A DNA stretch of 64,000 nt from a virus (taxonomy: Duplodnaviria; Caudoviricetes), in the IMG/VR virus record IMGVR_UViG_2870609773_000001, positions 18,938-82,937 of that record; one strand, given 5' to 3'. The notes beneath the pieces were generated by a model, which was given only the letters and a program-made list of their open reading frames with translations, ran no database searches and was not told the origin of the DNA. Position numbers and translations under genes: made by a program. Of this stretch, positions 9,536-19,782 are shown piece after piece (within the stretch, counting starts at the first letter, position 1; every line of letters starts with the position of its first letter).

Positions 9536-9966
9536 GTGATCGCCTTCTTCGCGATCTGCGCCATCACCTTGTCCAGAGGCTCGGTGGCCTGGTCGAACGC
9601 GGGCCGCATGTACGGCTGCGGGTCTGTGCCTGGGTGCTGGATGCTCTTGACCGGGTGTTCTGCGCCTTCCCAGAAGAGGGCGCCAGCGTTGCGGGCTTTG
9701 ATCTCGTGCGGCTCGGTGCCGTACTCGACGTCAGCTCCATACGCTGCCGTTGGGCCGGCTTCGAAGCCCATCCAGTCGTCGATCGGATCCACGCCGATCG
9801 AGTTCTTCAGGTTCCCGGTGTCGACTGGGGCCTTGTTCTGGCCGAGCGTGACCGTGTCGTGTCCGATCTTCTTCACGACTGTCCTGGTCAGCGCCTCGGT
9901 TCTCGGCGCCACTTCATCAAGGTCCTTGATTAGGCCGTCGAGTTCGGAGGTATCCCAGCCGTTCAT
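9532..9966 (-). CDS. HK97 gp10-like tail completion protein
   Basis: APVDTGNLKNSI...YGADVEYGT...PQPYMRPAF motifs. Confidence 0.9.
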   Translation of the reverse strand: MNGWDTSELDGLIKDLDEVAPRTEALTRTVVKKIGHDTVTLGQNKAPVDTGNLKNSIGVDPIDDWMGFEAGPTAAYGADVEYGTEPHEIKARNAGALFWEGAEHPVKSIQHPGTDPQPYMRPAFDQATEPLDKVMAQIAKKAIT

Positions 9967-10397
9967 GACGCCTCCAGGTCGGTTAGATCCTGTTCGGCGA
10001 TGAGGACGCGTTCCCACTGCTCGGACGCCATCCGGACATCGGTCACGCGTAGATCCACGCCAGCCAGGCGCGGATCGTGAGCGGTGTCGATGTGGATGTT
10101 GTCGTGCTCGCGGACCTCGGCTGCGTCCCATTCGATGGCGACCTCGTAGCCGCGGGTGGTGACCCGCTGGTCGCCGGAGACGACGTACCTGGAGTCCGCA
10201 GGCTGCGGGGTGACCCGGCATGGGCCCTGGTAGACGACGGCCGCTTCTGGCGGATGCCAGACATCGTCATCGTCCGTCGTCCCGTCTCCGCTGCCCGGCC
10301 GACTGATTGTGCACCTGCCGGTCTGGGTTCCTGTCGCTGTCGGCCGGTGGTGCTGCGACCATCTGCCGTGGATGGGGGTGTGTCCCGCGAGCGGCAT
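9963..10397 (-). CDS. Head closure/adaptor (DUF6093-like)
   Basis: CTISRP...VYQGPCRV motif; position. Confidence 0.75.
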   Translation of the reverse strand: MPLAGHTPIHGRWSQHHRPTATGTQTGRCTISRPGSGDGTTDDDDVWHPPEAAVVYQGPCRVTPQPADSRYVVSGDQRVTTRGYEVAIEWDAAEVREHDNIHIDTAHDPRLAGVDLRVTDVRMASEQWERVLIAEQDLTDLEAS

Positions 10398-10405
10398 CAC
10401 ACCCC

Positions 10406-10759
10406 CTACGGCTCGTATCTGGCGTAGCCAGCCCACCGGTCGAAGTCGACGACGTCGAACCCCACAGTGTCGTCACCGACCCCGTCGTCCACCTGCTGGC
10501 GTAGTCCTGCCGCTCGGGCCCGGAGTTCAGCGGCGACCTTGGCGCCGTCCGTCTGCAGGTCCTGCGTCCGGATGACCTTGGACACCAGCACCTCGGAGGA
10601 GGCGATGACGTCCAAGGCTGCAGCAGCGGCGAGTTTGACCGAGCCCTCCATCGACAGAAACGCGTCGATCTGTGGGTCGATCAGCAGCAGGTTGTCCTCG
10701 TCCGTGTCCGGGATGAGAAGCCGGATCCGACCTCGGTCGGTGGAGTAGTCGATGGCCAT
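10406..10759 (-). CDS. Head-to-tail connector/adaptor
   Basis: RIRLLIPDTD...IDAFL...VKLAAAAALDVIAS motif; position. Confidence 0.8.
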   Translation of the reverse strand: MAIDYSTDRGRIRLLIPDTDEDNLLLIDPQIDAFLSMEGSVKLAAAAALDVIASSEVLVSKVIRTQDLQTDGAKVAAELRARAAGLRQQVDDGVGDDTVGFDVVDFDRWAGYARYEP

Positions 10760-10769
10760 CGCGCGTCTC

Positions 10770-11063
10770 CTAGGCGGGGATGACCGCGACACCCCACGTG
10801 GCCGAGCCCGGATCGATCGCGCCGGCGGTGCCGTTGATGATGCGGATCGTGACCGTGTTCGCTGCGGAGACGAACGCGCACACGACCAGGCCGGCGTTCA
10901 GATTGCCGGGCGGTGCCGCGATGGCGAAGTCGCCGGTGGCGGCGCCCGTCACGGTGGCGGTCAGCGTGCCGACTGCGCCTGCGGCGATGGACGCGAAGTC
11001 CAAGGTCGCGGTTGCCTTCAGGATCGTGTCCGGCTTGGTGCCGTAGTAGGCGGCGTTGGCCAT
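10770..11063 (-). CDS. Small beta-rich head decoration/fibre-like protein
   Basis: ATLDFASIAAG...VSAANTVTIRIINGT; downstream of capsid. Confidence 0.65.
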   Translation of the reverse strand: MANAAYYGTKPDTILKATATLDFASIAAGAVGTLTATVTGAATGDFAIAAPPGNLNAGLVVCAFVSAANTVTIRIINGTAGAIDPGSATWGVAVIPA

Positions 11064-11350
11064 CAGGATGTCTCCTTGCTGGGCGACGCGCCCTTCGGAG
11101 TGGTCTTGCGAGTGCGGCGGGACGCCCCAGCCTTGCTCGGCGGCGCCGGCTTCGCTTCGATGTCCCGCTCTGGCGGTGCTACGGCGGGTTCGCGCAGTTC
11201 GACCGTGCCGTCATCCGCCTTCTCGGGCCGCTCGGGGAGACGGTCAAGAATGCGCGCCAGCAAGTCGTTCTGCGCGTCCAGCCGCCCGGCCAGCGCCACG
11301 AGAAGCTTGTGGTCTGTGGTGAGCGGCCGGGGAAGGTCGGGCGAGGTCAC
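11063..11350 (-). CDS. Hypothetical protein (low-complexity C-terminus)
   Basis: GTGA overlap with capsid stop. Confidence 0.6.
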   Translation of the reverse strand: MTSPDLPRPLTTDHKLLVALAGRLDAQNDLLARILDRLPERPEKADDGTVELREPAVAPPERDIEAKPAPPSKAGASRRTRKTTPKGASPSKETS

Positions 11351-12486
11351 GCGCCCGCGCCGGTCGAGGCGATGCTCATCCGGCTGTCGACGAACGCGCC
11401 ACCGTACACGTGCTTGATCTTCTTCTCGGCGCCTTCGGTGTCGAACGACACGGGCTCCTCGCCGCCGCCGATCCGGCGCATGTCCGGGATCTTCTCGTAC
11501 AGGGCAGGCGCCTCGAAGCCGCGCAGCCGGCCGAACTCCATCGCGGGGCGAGGGCCGTTCGGGTTGGCGAACAGCCACCAGGAGGTGTCCGCGTTCGAGG
11601 AGGAGGCGACGGACGGGATCCAGTAGTTGACGCTGATGCGCAGGTTCGCGGCGACGCCGTTGCCGGAGATGATGCGGACGTTGCCGTTGGGGTCCACCGT
11701 CCGGTACTCGGTCGTGTCGATGATCTCCTGAGCCTGCAGGGCCAGGCCAGGGCCGACGACGAGCTCGACGGCCTTGACGACGATCGGGTTGCCGTTGTCG
11801 TCGGTTCGCTTCATCAGCGTGGTGATCGCCGACTGCAGGGAGTCGCGGTCCAGGGCGGCAGTGAGCAGGTTGCCGCCCGTGTAGACGCTGGTCAGGGGGC
11901 CGTTCGCGCCGCAGAACAGGCGGGTGACGAACTCCTCCTCCGAGTCGCGGGCGGAGTCGGCCAGGTCCTGCGGGAGCCGCATGAACGCGTTGAGGTCATC
12001 GTTGATCATGTTCTCCCAGGAGAGGGCGAACCCGGCCTCGTACTTGGCGACCGCGTAGCTGTACTCGGTCTCGTCCATGCCGCGGCGCTCGTGCTCGGCG
12101 AGTTCGCCGACCTTGGACAGCAGGCCGCGCACGCCGGACGTGGCGAACCGCTTGACCTCGCGGAAGTCGTTGACGGTGGCGGCGCGGGCGTAGTTCTGCC
12201 AGGTGGGCACGGTCGCCTCGTAGGCGCCGTACAGCTGCCGGTCCAGCGAGTCCGCGAACAGCAGCGGGAAGTCGCTGGTGGACATGGCCTCGCGGAAGTG
12301 GTCGATCGGTCGGCGGCCGTACCGGATGTCCTGCACGAACGCTTCAGCTTCGAGCAGGGCCCGCTCCCACTGCGGGTCGCGGCGCGGCCGGGCGGAAGAC
12401 ACCTTGCGCTGGCCGCCGAACGACTCGCGGAGGCTGGCGGCGTTGGAGTCGATGCGCTCCACGGCCGCAGAGAACAGAGTGGTCAT
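11347..12486 (-). CDS. Major capsid protein (Mu gpT-like)
   Basis: EAMSTSDFP...VNDFREVK...KYEAGFALSWENMINDDL motifs; 379 aa. Confidence 0.92.
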   Translation of the reverse strand: MTTLFSAAVERIDSNAASLRESFGGQRKVSSARPRRDPQWERALLEAEAFVQDIRYGRRPIDHFREAMSTSDFPLLFADSLDRQLYGAYEATVPTWQNYARAATVNDFREVKRFATSGVRGLLSKVGELAEHERRGMDETEYSYAVAKYEAGFALSWENMINDDLNAFMRLPQDLADSARDSEEEFVTRLFCGANGPLTSVYTGGNLLTAALDRDSLQSAITTLMKRTDDNGNPIVVKAVELVVGPGLALQAQEIIDTTEYRTVDPNGNVRIISGNGVAANLRISVNYWIPSVASSSNADTSWWLFANPNGPRPAMEFGRLRGFEAPALYEKIPDMRRIGGGEEPVSFDTEGAEKKIKHVYGGAFVDSRMSIASTGAGA

Positions 12487-12496
12487 GGAGAGGCTC

Positions 12497-12859
12497 CTAA
12501 TAGCCGATCTTCACGGGGATGGTGCCGGTGGCGCCGTTGCCGACGCTGCCGAGCGCGTAGCCGAAGCGGACGTTGCCCGACGACGCGTTGTTGATCTTGT
12601 TGGCGTCGGCGGCGTCGAAATACAGCAGATCGCCCGGGTTCACCGCGGCGGACTCCGCGTCCACCAGCAGATCCGCCACGCCGTTGCACTTCACGGTCGC
12701 GAAACCGTCCGAACCCTCGTCGGTCAGCGCCACGAACGGAAGCTGGCCCAGAACGCCCGGGTCGCCGGACACGATCACACCGGAGGCGCCAGAGCCGGTC
12801 ACCCCAGACACGTTGACGCGAAGCTGGTCGCCGTCCTCGAACACGATGTTGGTAGCCAT
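12497..12859 (-). CDS. Capsid cement/decoration protein (DUF2190-like)
   Basis: SGDPGVLG...VALTD...GDLLYFD motif between protease and capsid. Confidence 0.85.
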   Translation of the reverse strand: MATNIVFEDGDQLRVNVSGVTGSGASGVIVSGDPGVLGQLPFVALTDEGSDGFATVKCNGVADLLVDAESAAVNPGDLLYFDAADANKINNASSGNVRFGYALGSVGNGATGTIPVKIGY

Positions 12860-12874
12860 GGGTCAGGTCCTCTC

Positions 12875-14401
12875 TTACGGCCGGCCTGCAGCGGCGAGCT
12901 TGGCGGCCTCGGGCGAAAGCCCGCGGGATCGGTACGTCTCCTCCAGCGCCGTCGAGGTCGCCGGGTCGGGCACGGACGGGGTGGTGGCGGACTCGCCCAG
13001 GCCGCGCACCTGGCCGGCGCCGTCGCCCTCGGCCAGGGATGCCAGGTAGGTGGCCTCAGTTTTCGCGGCCTCCTCGACGCTGGTCTTCAGTGCGGACTCG
13101 TCCAGCGTGTTCTCGGCGGTGAGCGGCACGGTCTCGGAGGTGAGCGTGGCCAGCAGCTTGGACTGGGCGGCCGGCGGGAGGCTGGACTCGGCCAGCACCT
13201 GCGTGGCGATCGGCCGGGCAGCCTCCAGGGCGGTGAACCGGGCCAGCTTCAGCGCGGCCTCGGCCGCCTCCTGCCGCGCGGCCTCAGCCTCGGCAAGAGC
13301 TGCGGCCTTCTCGTTCTCGGCGACGGTGCGAGCCTCTTCGAGCTCGCGCGCCTGCGCCTCGGTCAGTTCGGGCATCTCGCCCTCCTTGTCGGTGTTGTCG
13401 GCGGGCGAGCTGCCCGGCTCGTTCTTGGGTGCCGCGGCCTCAGCGGGTGCGGCAGTCTCGGTGTCCGGCTCGTCGTCTGGGGCAACGGTCTCCACGACCT
13501 CAGCAGGCCGCTCGGGGGCGGGAGGCTCATCCCAGAGATCGCGCTCGTACAGGCCAGGGACCTTCTCGGCGACGACCTTGTTGAAGGCGTCCAGCCCTTC
13601 GCCGATCGCGCTGGAAAGGCTGATGCGTTCCTCGCGCGTCAGGCGCCCGTCGCCGAACATGTCGTCGCACATCTCGCTGAATGCGCGGTGGACGCGGCTT
13701 TCGAGCCAGTGGCCGACGTTGCGGGCCTCGGCCACCTTCTTCAGGAAGGGCGGCTTGTCGTCCTCGTCGTCCTGGTCTTCGGCGTCGCCCGGCTTGTCGC
13801 CGGCCTTGCTGGTGGCGTTCTCGTCGTCGTCCTTCTTCGTGAACGGCGGAGCCTTCGCCTCAGTCGCCTTGCGCAGCAGGTCGCCCTGCTCGCGGGCGGA
13901 TTCCAGCAGGGCCACGATCTTTCCTCCAGCTCCGGCAGCGGTCACGAAATCGACGCTCGCGGCCTCGGTTAGCGCTGTGACGATGGGCCCGCGGATGTTC
14001 TCCTGCTGGGATGGCTCGACGGTCCCTGACGCGCGGATGCTCATGCCGATGTCGCCGGACATGGCCTCGATGACGGGCGCCCAGTGCTCGTACACCTCGA
14101 CGTCGGCATACAGGCCGTCGCCTTCGTAGACCGCGGTGCTGGCCAGCTTTCCGGCCAGGTCCCTCACCGACCGCTCGGGGCGGTCGTAGGACTCGTTCAC
14201 GCCGGGGTGATCCAAGAAGACGGGCAGGCCCTCCCTGAACACGCCGGCGTCTCGCTTCAGCATCGTCGCCGGATAGAACCCGGAACTGCCTTGAACGTCT
14301 CCGGCGATGATGCGGGCTCGGAAGCGGCGGCCCTTCGGTGTCTGCCCGCCGGCTGCCTCAGCGAGCGGCACGCGCTCGGTGAGCGCCTGTGGTTCGGGCA
14401 T
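12875..14401 (-). CDS. Capsid maturation protease-scaffold fusion
   Basis: N-terminal GSSGFYP...DHP...SIRA...SVDFVTAAGAGG protease-like domain; Ala/Glu-rich helical C-terminus. Confidence 0.88.
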   Translation of the reverse strand: MPEPQALTERVPLAEAAGGQTPKGRRFRARIIAGDVQGSSGFYPATMLKRDAGVFREGLPVFLDHPGVNESYDRPERSVRDLAGKLASTAVYEGDGLYADVEVYEHWAPVIEAMSGDIGMSIRASGTVEPSQQENIRGPIVTALTEAASVDFVTAAGAGGKIVALLESAREQGDLLRKATEAKAPPFTKKDDDENATSKAGDKPGDAEDQDDEDDKPPFLKKVAEARNVGHWLESRVHRAFSEMCDDMFGDGRLTREERISLSSAIGEGLDAFNKVVAEKVPGLYERDLWDEPPAPERPAEVVETVAPDDEPDTETAAPAEAAAPKNEPGSSPADNTDKEGEMPELTEAQARELEEARTVAENEKAAALAEAEAARQEAAEAALKLARFTALEAARPIATQVLAESSLPPAAQSKLLATLTSETVPLTAENTLDESALKTSVEEAAKTEATYLASLAEGDGAGQVRGLGESATTPSVPDPATSTALEETYRSRGLSPEAAKLAAAGRP

Positions 14402-14413
14402 GGTTCCTCCAGG

Positions 14414-14566
14414 TCAGGTGATGTCAGGCAGGAAGCCGGCGAACAGGACGAGCGCGCCGGCCGTGCACACGAGGGTGGCGATCCACGCCTTGTGGACGGC
14501 GGCGTAGATGGCGGCACCGACCAGGCAGAGGGCGGCGATGACGATCAGCAGTTCAGGGACGGACAT
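14414..14566 (-). CDS. Small two-TM membrane protein
   Basis: MSVPELLIVIAALCLVGAAIYAAVHKAWIATLVCTAGALVLFAGFLPDIT; GGAG RBS. Confidence 0.6.
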   Translation of the reverse strand: MSVPELLIVIAALCLVGAAIYAAVHKAWIATLVCTAGALVLFAGFLPDIT

Positions 14567-14602
14567 TGAGGTCTCCCAGCGGTTGGGTGAGAGAATGGGC
14601 GG

Positions 14603-14887
14603 ATGAACGAGGCGCAGATGATCGACCGCCGCGTGTCTGACGAGGTCCACGACTGCATCCGCCCCGGCTGTGGCAAGCGGGCCCAGACGGCGTTCATTGC
14701 CCGCGAGTGCGGACGCTTCGCAGGGCGAGAGATGCAGCCGGGCGACTGGATCGATCTGTGTGCCGACGACGCCTCGGACGTCTACAAGGCGCAGCACCAG
14801 ACGCGCGCCCAACTCCCCGAGTGGCTTCGGGTAGACGCCAAGCCGGACCCGTTTGACGAGCTGCTGGGCATCTCCGAAGGGTTCTGA
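14603..14887 (+). CDS. Counter-oriented small Cys-containing hypothetical protein
   Basis: 94-aa ORF exactly filling the gap between minus-strand head genes. Confidence 0.65.
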   Translation: MNEAQMIDRRVSDEVHDCIRPGCGKRAQTAFIARECGRFAGREMQPGDWIDLCADDASDVYKAQHQTRAQLPEWLRVDAKPDPFDELLGISEGF

Positions 14888-14891
14888 GCGG

Positions 14892-15977
14892 TCAGGCAGC
14901 GCGGTGCGCCCGCTCTGCAGCGATGCGCTCCAGGTCCTTGACCGGCCTCACCCCGTAGCTGTCTCTCCAGTCAGGTGTGGTCCGGAGCTGCGGCAGGTCC
15001 TCCCACTCGATCTCTCCCGAGCGGAGCAGGTCGAGGCGGCGGCGGCCCATGATGGCGACCTGCTCGTCCTCGGGCAGCAAGTCGAACACCTCGCGGGCGT
15101 TCGGGATCAGGTCGGGAGGCTCGGGGACGTCGAATCCGAGATCCGCCCAGGACTTCGTCTTGGGTGTCCGTGAGCACCGGCCCTGCTGGTGGTCGATCGG
15201 GCCCGGCTCGGACAGCGGGTGCACCGTCCCGTGGAGAGCCCAGCACGCTGGACAGGTCCTGCCGCGGCTGGAGTTGAGCTCGCAGTGCCACACCCAGCCG
15301 GCAAGGACGTCCCCGTGCGCTTCCTGACCGGCCTCGGCGGCTGCGCGGTGGGAATCCAAGATCTCAGTCCGTGCCAGGTTGAGCGCCCGGCCGAGACCAC
15401 CGTTGAACTCGCCTTCCAGGTTGCGGACCATCCTCGCAGCGGCCTCGCGCGGGTTGTCGCCCACGACGACGCCGCGCACCAGCTCGTTCTTCATGCGGCG
15501 GGTCGCCTCGTCGGAGAGCGGCCAGTGCTTGGCGTTGATCCGCTCCGCCGTTCGGCGGGCGATCGCGTCGATGGTGTCGGCCTGCTGCACGCCGTACTTG
15601 GCTGCGAGGGCGCGTGTGGAGCCGTACGGGAGCTGGGAGGCGACCAGGTCTCCCTGAGCTTCGATCCCCAGGCGTGCCGCCTGTGCTGCGGCCACGGCAG
15701 TCTGGGCGAGCGTCGCCGTTGCGAGACGGTCCAGCGTCTGGCCGATCAGGTCCAGCGCGGAGATGGTGCGCGCCGACCGGAAGATCTGCCGCCGAGTAGG
15801 CCACTTGCCGTCTCCGAGTTGGAGCAACTCGCCGATCGCGGCGATCACCTCGACAACAACCTGATCCCACGCCCCCACCCAAGCCGCAGTGAGGCTCCTG
15901 GTGACGTCGTCCACGATGGAGCCGACCTGCCGGCGGAGACGCTCGGCGATGGCGAGGGTCTCTGCCGTGATGGCCAT
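14892..15977 (-). CDS. Minor capsid/head morphogenesis protein (Mu gpF/SPP1 gp7-like)
   Basis: LARTEILDSHR...WVWH...TCPACWALHG...DHQQGRCSRTP motifs. Confidence 0.9.
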   Translation of the reverse strand: MAITAETLAIAERLRRQVGSIVDDVTRSLTAAWVGAWDQVVVEVIAAIGELLQLGDGKWPTRRQIFRSARTISALDLIGQTLDRLATATLAQTAVAAAQAARLGIEAQGDLVASQLPYGSTRALAAKYGVQQADTIDAIARRTAERINAKHWPLSDEATRRMKNELVRGVVVGDNPREAAARMVRNLEGEFNGGLGRALNLARTEILDSHRAAAEAGQEAHGDVLAGWVWHCELNSSRGRTCPACWALHGTVHPLSEPGPIDHQQGRCSRTPKTKSWADLGFDVPEPPDLIPNAREVFDLLPEDEQVAIMGRRRLDLLRSGEIEWEDLPQLRTTPDWRDSYGVRPVKDLERIAAERAHRAA

Positions 15978-15979
15978 GC

Positions 15980-17668
15980 CTACTCCTCTTCGTCGTCCGA
16001 GGGATTGGCGTCGTCTGGCCTGTCTTCAGGTTCAGGTGGTACGGGGTCGCCTCCGCCGAGCGCTGCTGCCGGGTCTTCGCCCCGTCTAAAGGCGTCCACG
16101 GCCGCCTGTCCGGCCCGTCCTGTCGCTCCTTCGGGTGGGACGAATTCGCCGTCCTCCCCCGTTAGTGAGTCGATGATGGAGTCCACGTCCCGCACGCCGA
16201 GCGCTTCGAGGAGAAGACGAACGATCACAAGCGGCGGCAGATAGCCGGTCTGGTCGGCCTTGGTGATGCTGTCGATGACCGAGGCCGGGTCTAGATCGTC
16301 GATGTCAGGCCAGGACACGTCGATGGTCTGATCGGCGTCCCCCTGGAGGCGGACGATCTCCTTGCCGTTGTCGTCTCGCGTGATCGTGCCCTTGAGTGGC
16401 CCTTCGGGGGCTCGGACGGATTCGAGGATGACGTGGGCGAGGATCGCCTGGTAGCAGTCGGTCCAGACGCCGCGCCGCATCTCCATGGCGCGCTCTGTGG
16501 GCGTGTCGAGCGTTTCGGCCGTCGCCCGCGCCCCGGTGGTACCCGGATCCCCGAGCAGCATCGTCACTGGCACGTCGAGACCGGCGGCGACCATGGCGGC
16601 GAGCGGCCGGCCGGACTCGGAGTCGATCGTGGCCCCGGTCTTGGGGACGGCTTCGAGCATCATGTCCGGGGTGAGGAACGCCGCGGCGCCGGCATGCTGC
16701 GGCTCTCCCGAGTAGCGGTCGGTGGCAGGCCCGGTGGCCATGCGGGTCTTCGCCGCGGCCTGCTTGCTGCCCTTCGAGGTGAGTCTCCAGGCGAAGCGGC
16801 TGAGCGCCTTCACCAGGCGGGCCCAGTCGGTGAGGAACTCGCGGTAGGCGTTCGCCCAGTCCACGGCGGCGTACGCGTCGGGGATGCCGAACTTCCAGCT
16901 CTTGAGCGCGCCGACTTTCACGTGGTAGGTGGGGGCGTCCCACAGCACCTCAGCGGCGCCGTACGAGTCCTTGACCCGCTTCGGCTTGAGGACAGGCCGG
17001 TAGCCGAGCGCCGGATAGTAGGCGGTCCGGGTCACCGACGTGATGCCGCCGGTGATCTGGTCGGTGGACTGCTCCGTCCACTGCCGCTTGTAGTACCAAA
17101 CCTCGGAGGCGTCCTGCGGGTTGGTGATGATGTCGGTGATCTCGTCGTATGGCAGCGACCGAACCTGGACGCGGCCGGTGCGCGGGTTGGTGAAGCACGC
17201 GAAGAACAGGTTGCCGTCCGTGCCCAGGCTTCTCTCGTTCTCCTCCGCCGCCTGGGATCCGGTCAGCGTCTTACGGTTGCCGTCGTCGGCGAGGAACACC
17301 TGCACGACAGCGTTCACGTCCTGCGAGGTGCGGCCCTTACCGCGTTTGCCACCGGAGCGGGCGCTGATCTCGACGCCTTGTCCCCACACGTAAGCGGTCC
17401 GCAGGGCAAGCCCTCTTTTGATCAGGACGTTCTTGATGCCCATCACGCGACACACCGCGGTTAGGCGCTTCAAGCCTTCGCGGGAGAACTCCTGCTCAGC
17501 CAGAGCCGTCATCTGCTGCCAGCCCGGCTCGTACATGCGCCGCTCAAGGTCGGCGAGCGACTCCTGCAGATGCTCCACCGTCAACCGTTCGGCGCGGAGC
17601 GTCTCCGCCAGTTCGGCGCGGCCGGTCCACCGGTAGAACGACTCCTGAAGGCGGGAGGCGAAGCCCAC
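15980..17668 (-). CDS. Portal protein
   Basis: 562 aa directly after terminase large subunit. Confidence 0.88.
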   Translation of the reverse strand: MGFASRLQESFYRWTGRAELAETLRAERLTVEHLQESLADLERRMYEPGWQQMTALAEQEFSREGLKRLTAVCRVMGIKNVLIKRGLALRTAYVWGQGVEISARSGGKRGKGRTSQDVNAVVQVFLADDGNRKTLTGSQAAEENERSLGTDGNLFFACFTNPRTGRVQVRSLPYDEITDIITNPQDASEVWYYKRQWTEQSTDQITGGITSVTRTAYYPALGYRPVLKPKRVKDSYGAAEVLWDAPTYHVKVGALKSWKFGIPDAYAAVDWANAYREFLTDWARLVKALSRFAWRLTSKGSKQAAAKTRMATGPATDRYSGEPQHAGAAAFLTPDMMLEAVPKTGATIDSESGRPLAAMVAAGLDVPVTMLLGDPGTTGARATAETLDTPTERAMEMRRGVWTDCYQAILAHVILESVRAPEGPLKGTITRDDNGKEIVRLQGDADQTIDVSWPDIDDLDPASVIDSITKADQTGYLPPLVIVRLLLEALGVRDVDSIIDSLTGEDGEFVPPEGATGRAGQAAVDAFRRGEDPAAALGGGDPVPPEPEDRPDDANPSDDEEE

Positions 17669-17687
17669 GAGCAGCCTCCCTCATGCG

Positions 17688-19259
17688 TCAATAGGAACTG
17701 ATCTCGAACGCGTCCAACTCGTCGTCCAACTCGTCCGCCTCGACGATCAGATCTCCGGCGAGGATCGGGGCGAGCAGCATCCGGTTGATCGCCTGGGTGC
17801 AAGCGTCAACCTGGTCATCGTGTGATCCGTTCGGGAACGCGGCGTGCTCGTCCCGGAAGCTGCCGACCCACGGGCACAGTTCCGGGGCCGGCAGGTAGAC
17901 GGATCCGGCCTCGATGAACGGGGTGACCGCGCGAGCGCGAGCCTCCTTGCTGCCGTCCGGCTCGACCGGAACCAGGCCGGGCACCTGGCGGCGCAGCGAG
18001 TTGATGACCGCGGTGCCGTTTGCCTTGTCCTCGACGAGTTTGAGCGTGGCCTGGGGCCACTTCGCTGCCATCTCCCGAAGGGCGGCACACGTCGCGGTGA
18101 AGGACAGCCGTTCGTGCACTTGGTCCAGCAGGAACAGTTCGAGGCCGTACCGCGCCCACACCTGACCCACAACGTAGTCGGAGCCGTCCGTGTCCTTGAA
18201 CGCCATGTCCCACGACATGGCGACCTCGTCAGCGCCTGGCGCCCAGCAGGAGCCGTCAGGGCGTTCGATCCACCGCGGCGATGTGTACTCCCGCCACCAG
18301 TCGCGCTGGAATATGTCGCCAGCGGCAGGTGTCGGCCGTCCCTGGTAGAGGGCCGCCCACACTCGGGAGCCGACAGCGACGCGCGTCTGTCTCCACTGTT
18401 CGAGGCTTCGACCACGGGCCGACACCATGAACTCGCCCGGCTCGCGGCCGAGCGGGTCGGTCTCGCCCTTATTCGGGTCGTGGTCAGCTTGCGCCGGGAT
18501 GTTGAGGACCTTCCACCGATGGGCGTCTTCAGCGGCGAGGACCTTGCCGGCCAGGTCCTCTTCGTGCCAGCGCGTCAAGATGATGACCACTGGCGCACCT
18601 GGAGCGAGCCGGGTGTTCGCTACCGCCTGCCAGAACGACCAGACGACCTCGCGCCACGCCTTACTGTCGGCGTCCCGCATGTCCTTGATCGGGTCGTCGA
18701 TGTAGAGCATTTCGGCTGGCTTGCCGGTCAGGCCGGACGTGATTCCGACACTACGGACGCCGCCGCGGTGGCCGTCGATACGCCAGCGGCGAGCGGCGCC
18801 GTTGTCAGGGGCGATGCGCAGTCCGAGATCCAGCGTGTCGTCGGTGCCGTCGTTCGAGATGATGTGGTTGCGGATGTTCCGCCCGAACTCGTCGGCGAGG
18901 TCTTGGGCGTAGCAGGCGATCGCGATCCGCAGGTCTGGGTTGCGGGTGAGCATCCACAGCGGGCCGATCGTCGTGACGCGGGTGGACTTGCCCTCCTGTG
19001 GCGGCATCGTGATGATGAGCCGATCGCAGCGGCCTTCGGCCACCTCGATGAGTGCCTGATCGATGAGGGTCAGGGCCGGTGTTTGGATGGTCGTCGGTTC
19101 GATCGCTGCAGCGAGGTGCCCTGGCGTCTCCCACTGCGGCCTTGTGGTGACCTTGCGTTTGCGGGCGGCGGTGCGGAGTGTCTTCAGCAGCCGCTCCTGC
19201 GCAGGGAGCGGCCATGTCCGCCAGTCGGGCGGCAGCGTGGCGAGCGTGGTCATGCTCAC
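17688..19259 (-). CDS. terL: Terminase large subunit
   Basis: MPPQEGKS Walker A, LYIDDP Walker B, SWDMAFK and HDDQVDACTQA nuclease motifs. Confidence 0.95.
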   Translation of the reverse strand: MSMTTLATLPPDWRTWPLPAQERLLKTLRTAARKRKVTTRPQWETPGHLAAAIEPTTIQTPALTLIDQALIEVAEGRCDRLIITMPPQEGKSTRVTTIGPLWMLTRNPDLRIAIACYAQDLADEFGRNIRNHIISNDGTDDTLDLGLRIAPDNGAARRWRIDGHRGGVRSVGITSGLTGKPAEMLYIDDPIKDMRDADSKAWREVVWSFWQAVANTRLAPGAPVVIILTRWHEEDLAGKVLAAEDAHRWKVLNIPAQADHDPNKGETDPLGREPGEFMVSARGRSLEQWRQTRVAVGSRVWAALYQGRPTPAAGDIFQRDWWREYTSPRWIERPDGSCWAPGADEVAMSWDMAFKDTDGSDYVVGQVWARYGLELFLLDQVHERLSFTATCAALREMAAKWPQATLKLVEDKANGTAVINSLRRQVPGLVPVEPDGSKEARARAVTPFIEAGSVYLPAPELCPWVGSFRDEHAAFPNGSHDDQVDACTQAINRMLLAPILAGDLIVEADELDDELDAFEISSY

Positions 19260-19263
19260 CTCG

Positions 19264-19782
19264 CTACGTACTGGTGGGCTCCGACTCTTCGGCCATGCCG
19301 AGTTGGGCGGCGAGCTGCTCGATCTCGGAGGTGATGGCGTCGGAGACGGTGACGTTCGTCTTCGCCGGCGCGTCCAAGCCGAGCAGCTTCGCGCGGCGTT
19401 CCTGGATCTTCAACAGCCGGTCCATTGCGGCAAGGACAGGCCCGTCATCCGCGAGCGGTGAGCCGCCCTCCTCCAGGTAGATGACCTTGCCGTGCGAGAT
19501 GGCGTAATGCTCGGTCTCCAGCACTTTGAGCGCGGCTTGGTACATCCGGTCGAGGCGCTCCAGTTCGACCAGTCTGAGGTCGTCGGCCGCCTCTTGGACG
19601 GTCTCCTTGAGGATGCGTTGTACGGCCTCGTGCGCCTTGCCGGGTCCTGCCATGCCGAGTTCGTCGGCGATCTGCCGGTAGGTGAAACCGCGGACTCGCA
19701 GTCGTGCCGCTTCGGCGTCGCGGGCCGCGGTGTCCGGGTTGCGTTCGAAGCGTCCCCGGCCGCCTCTCGTTCCTTTCGTCAT
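19264..19782 (-). CDS. terS: Terminase small subunit (HTH)
   Basis: LRVRGFTYRQIADELG HTH; RRAKLLGLDAP motif; precedes terL. Confidence 0.85.
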   Translation of the reverse strand: MTKGTRGGRGRFERNPDTAARDAEAARLRVRGFTYRQIADELGMAGPGKAHEAVQRILKETVQEAADDLRLVELERLDRMYQAALKVLETEHYAISHGKVIYLEEGGSPLADDGPVLAAMDRLLKIQERRAKLLGLDAPAKTNVTVSDAITSEIEQLAAQLGMAEESEPTST

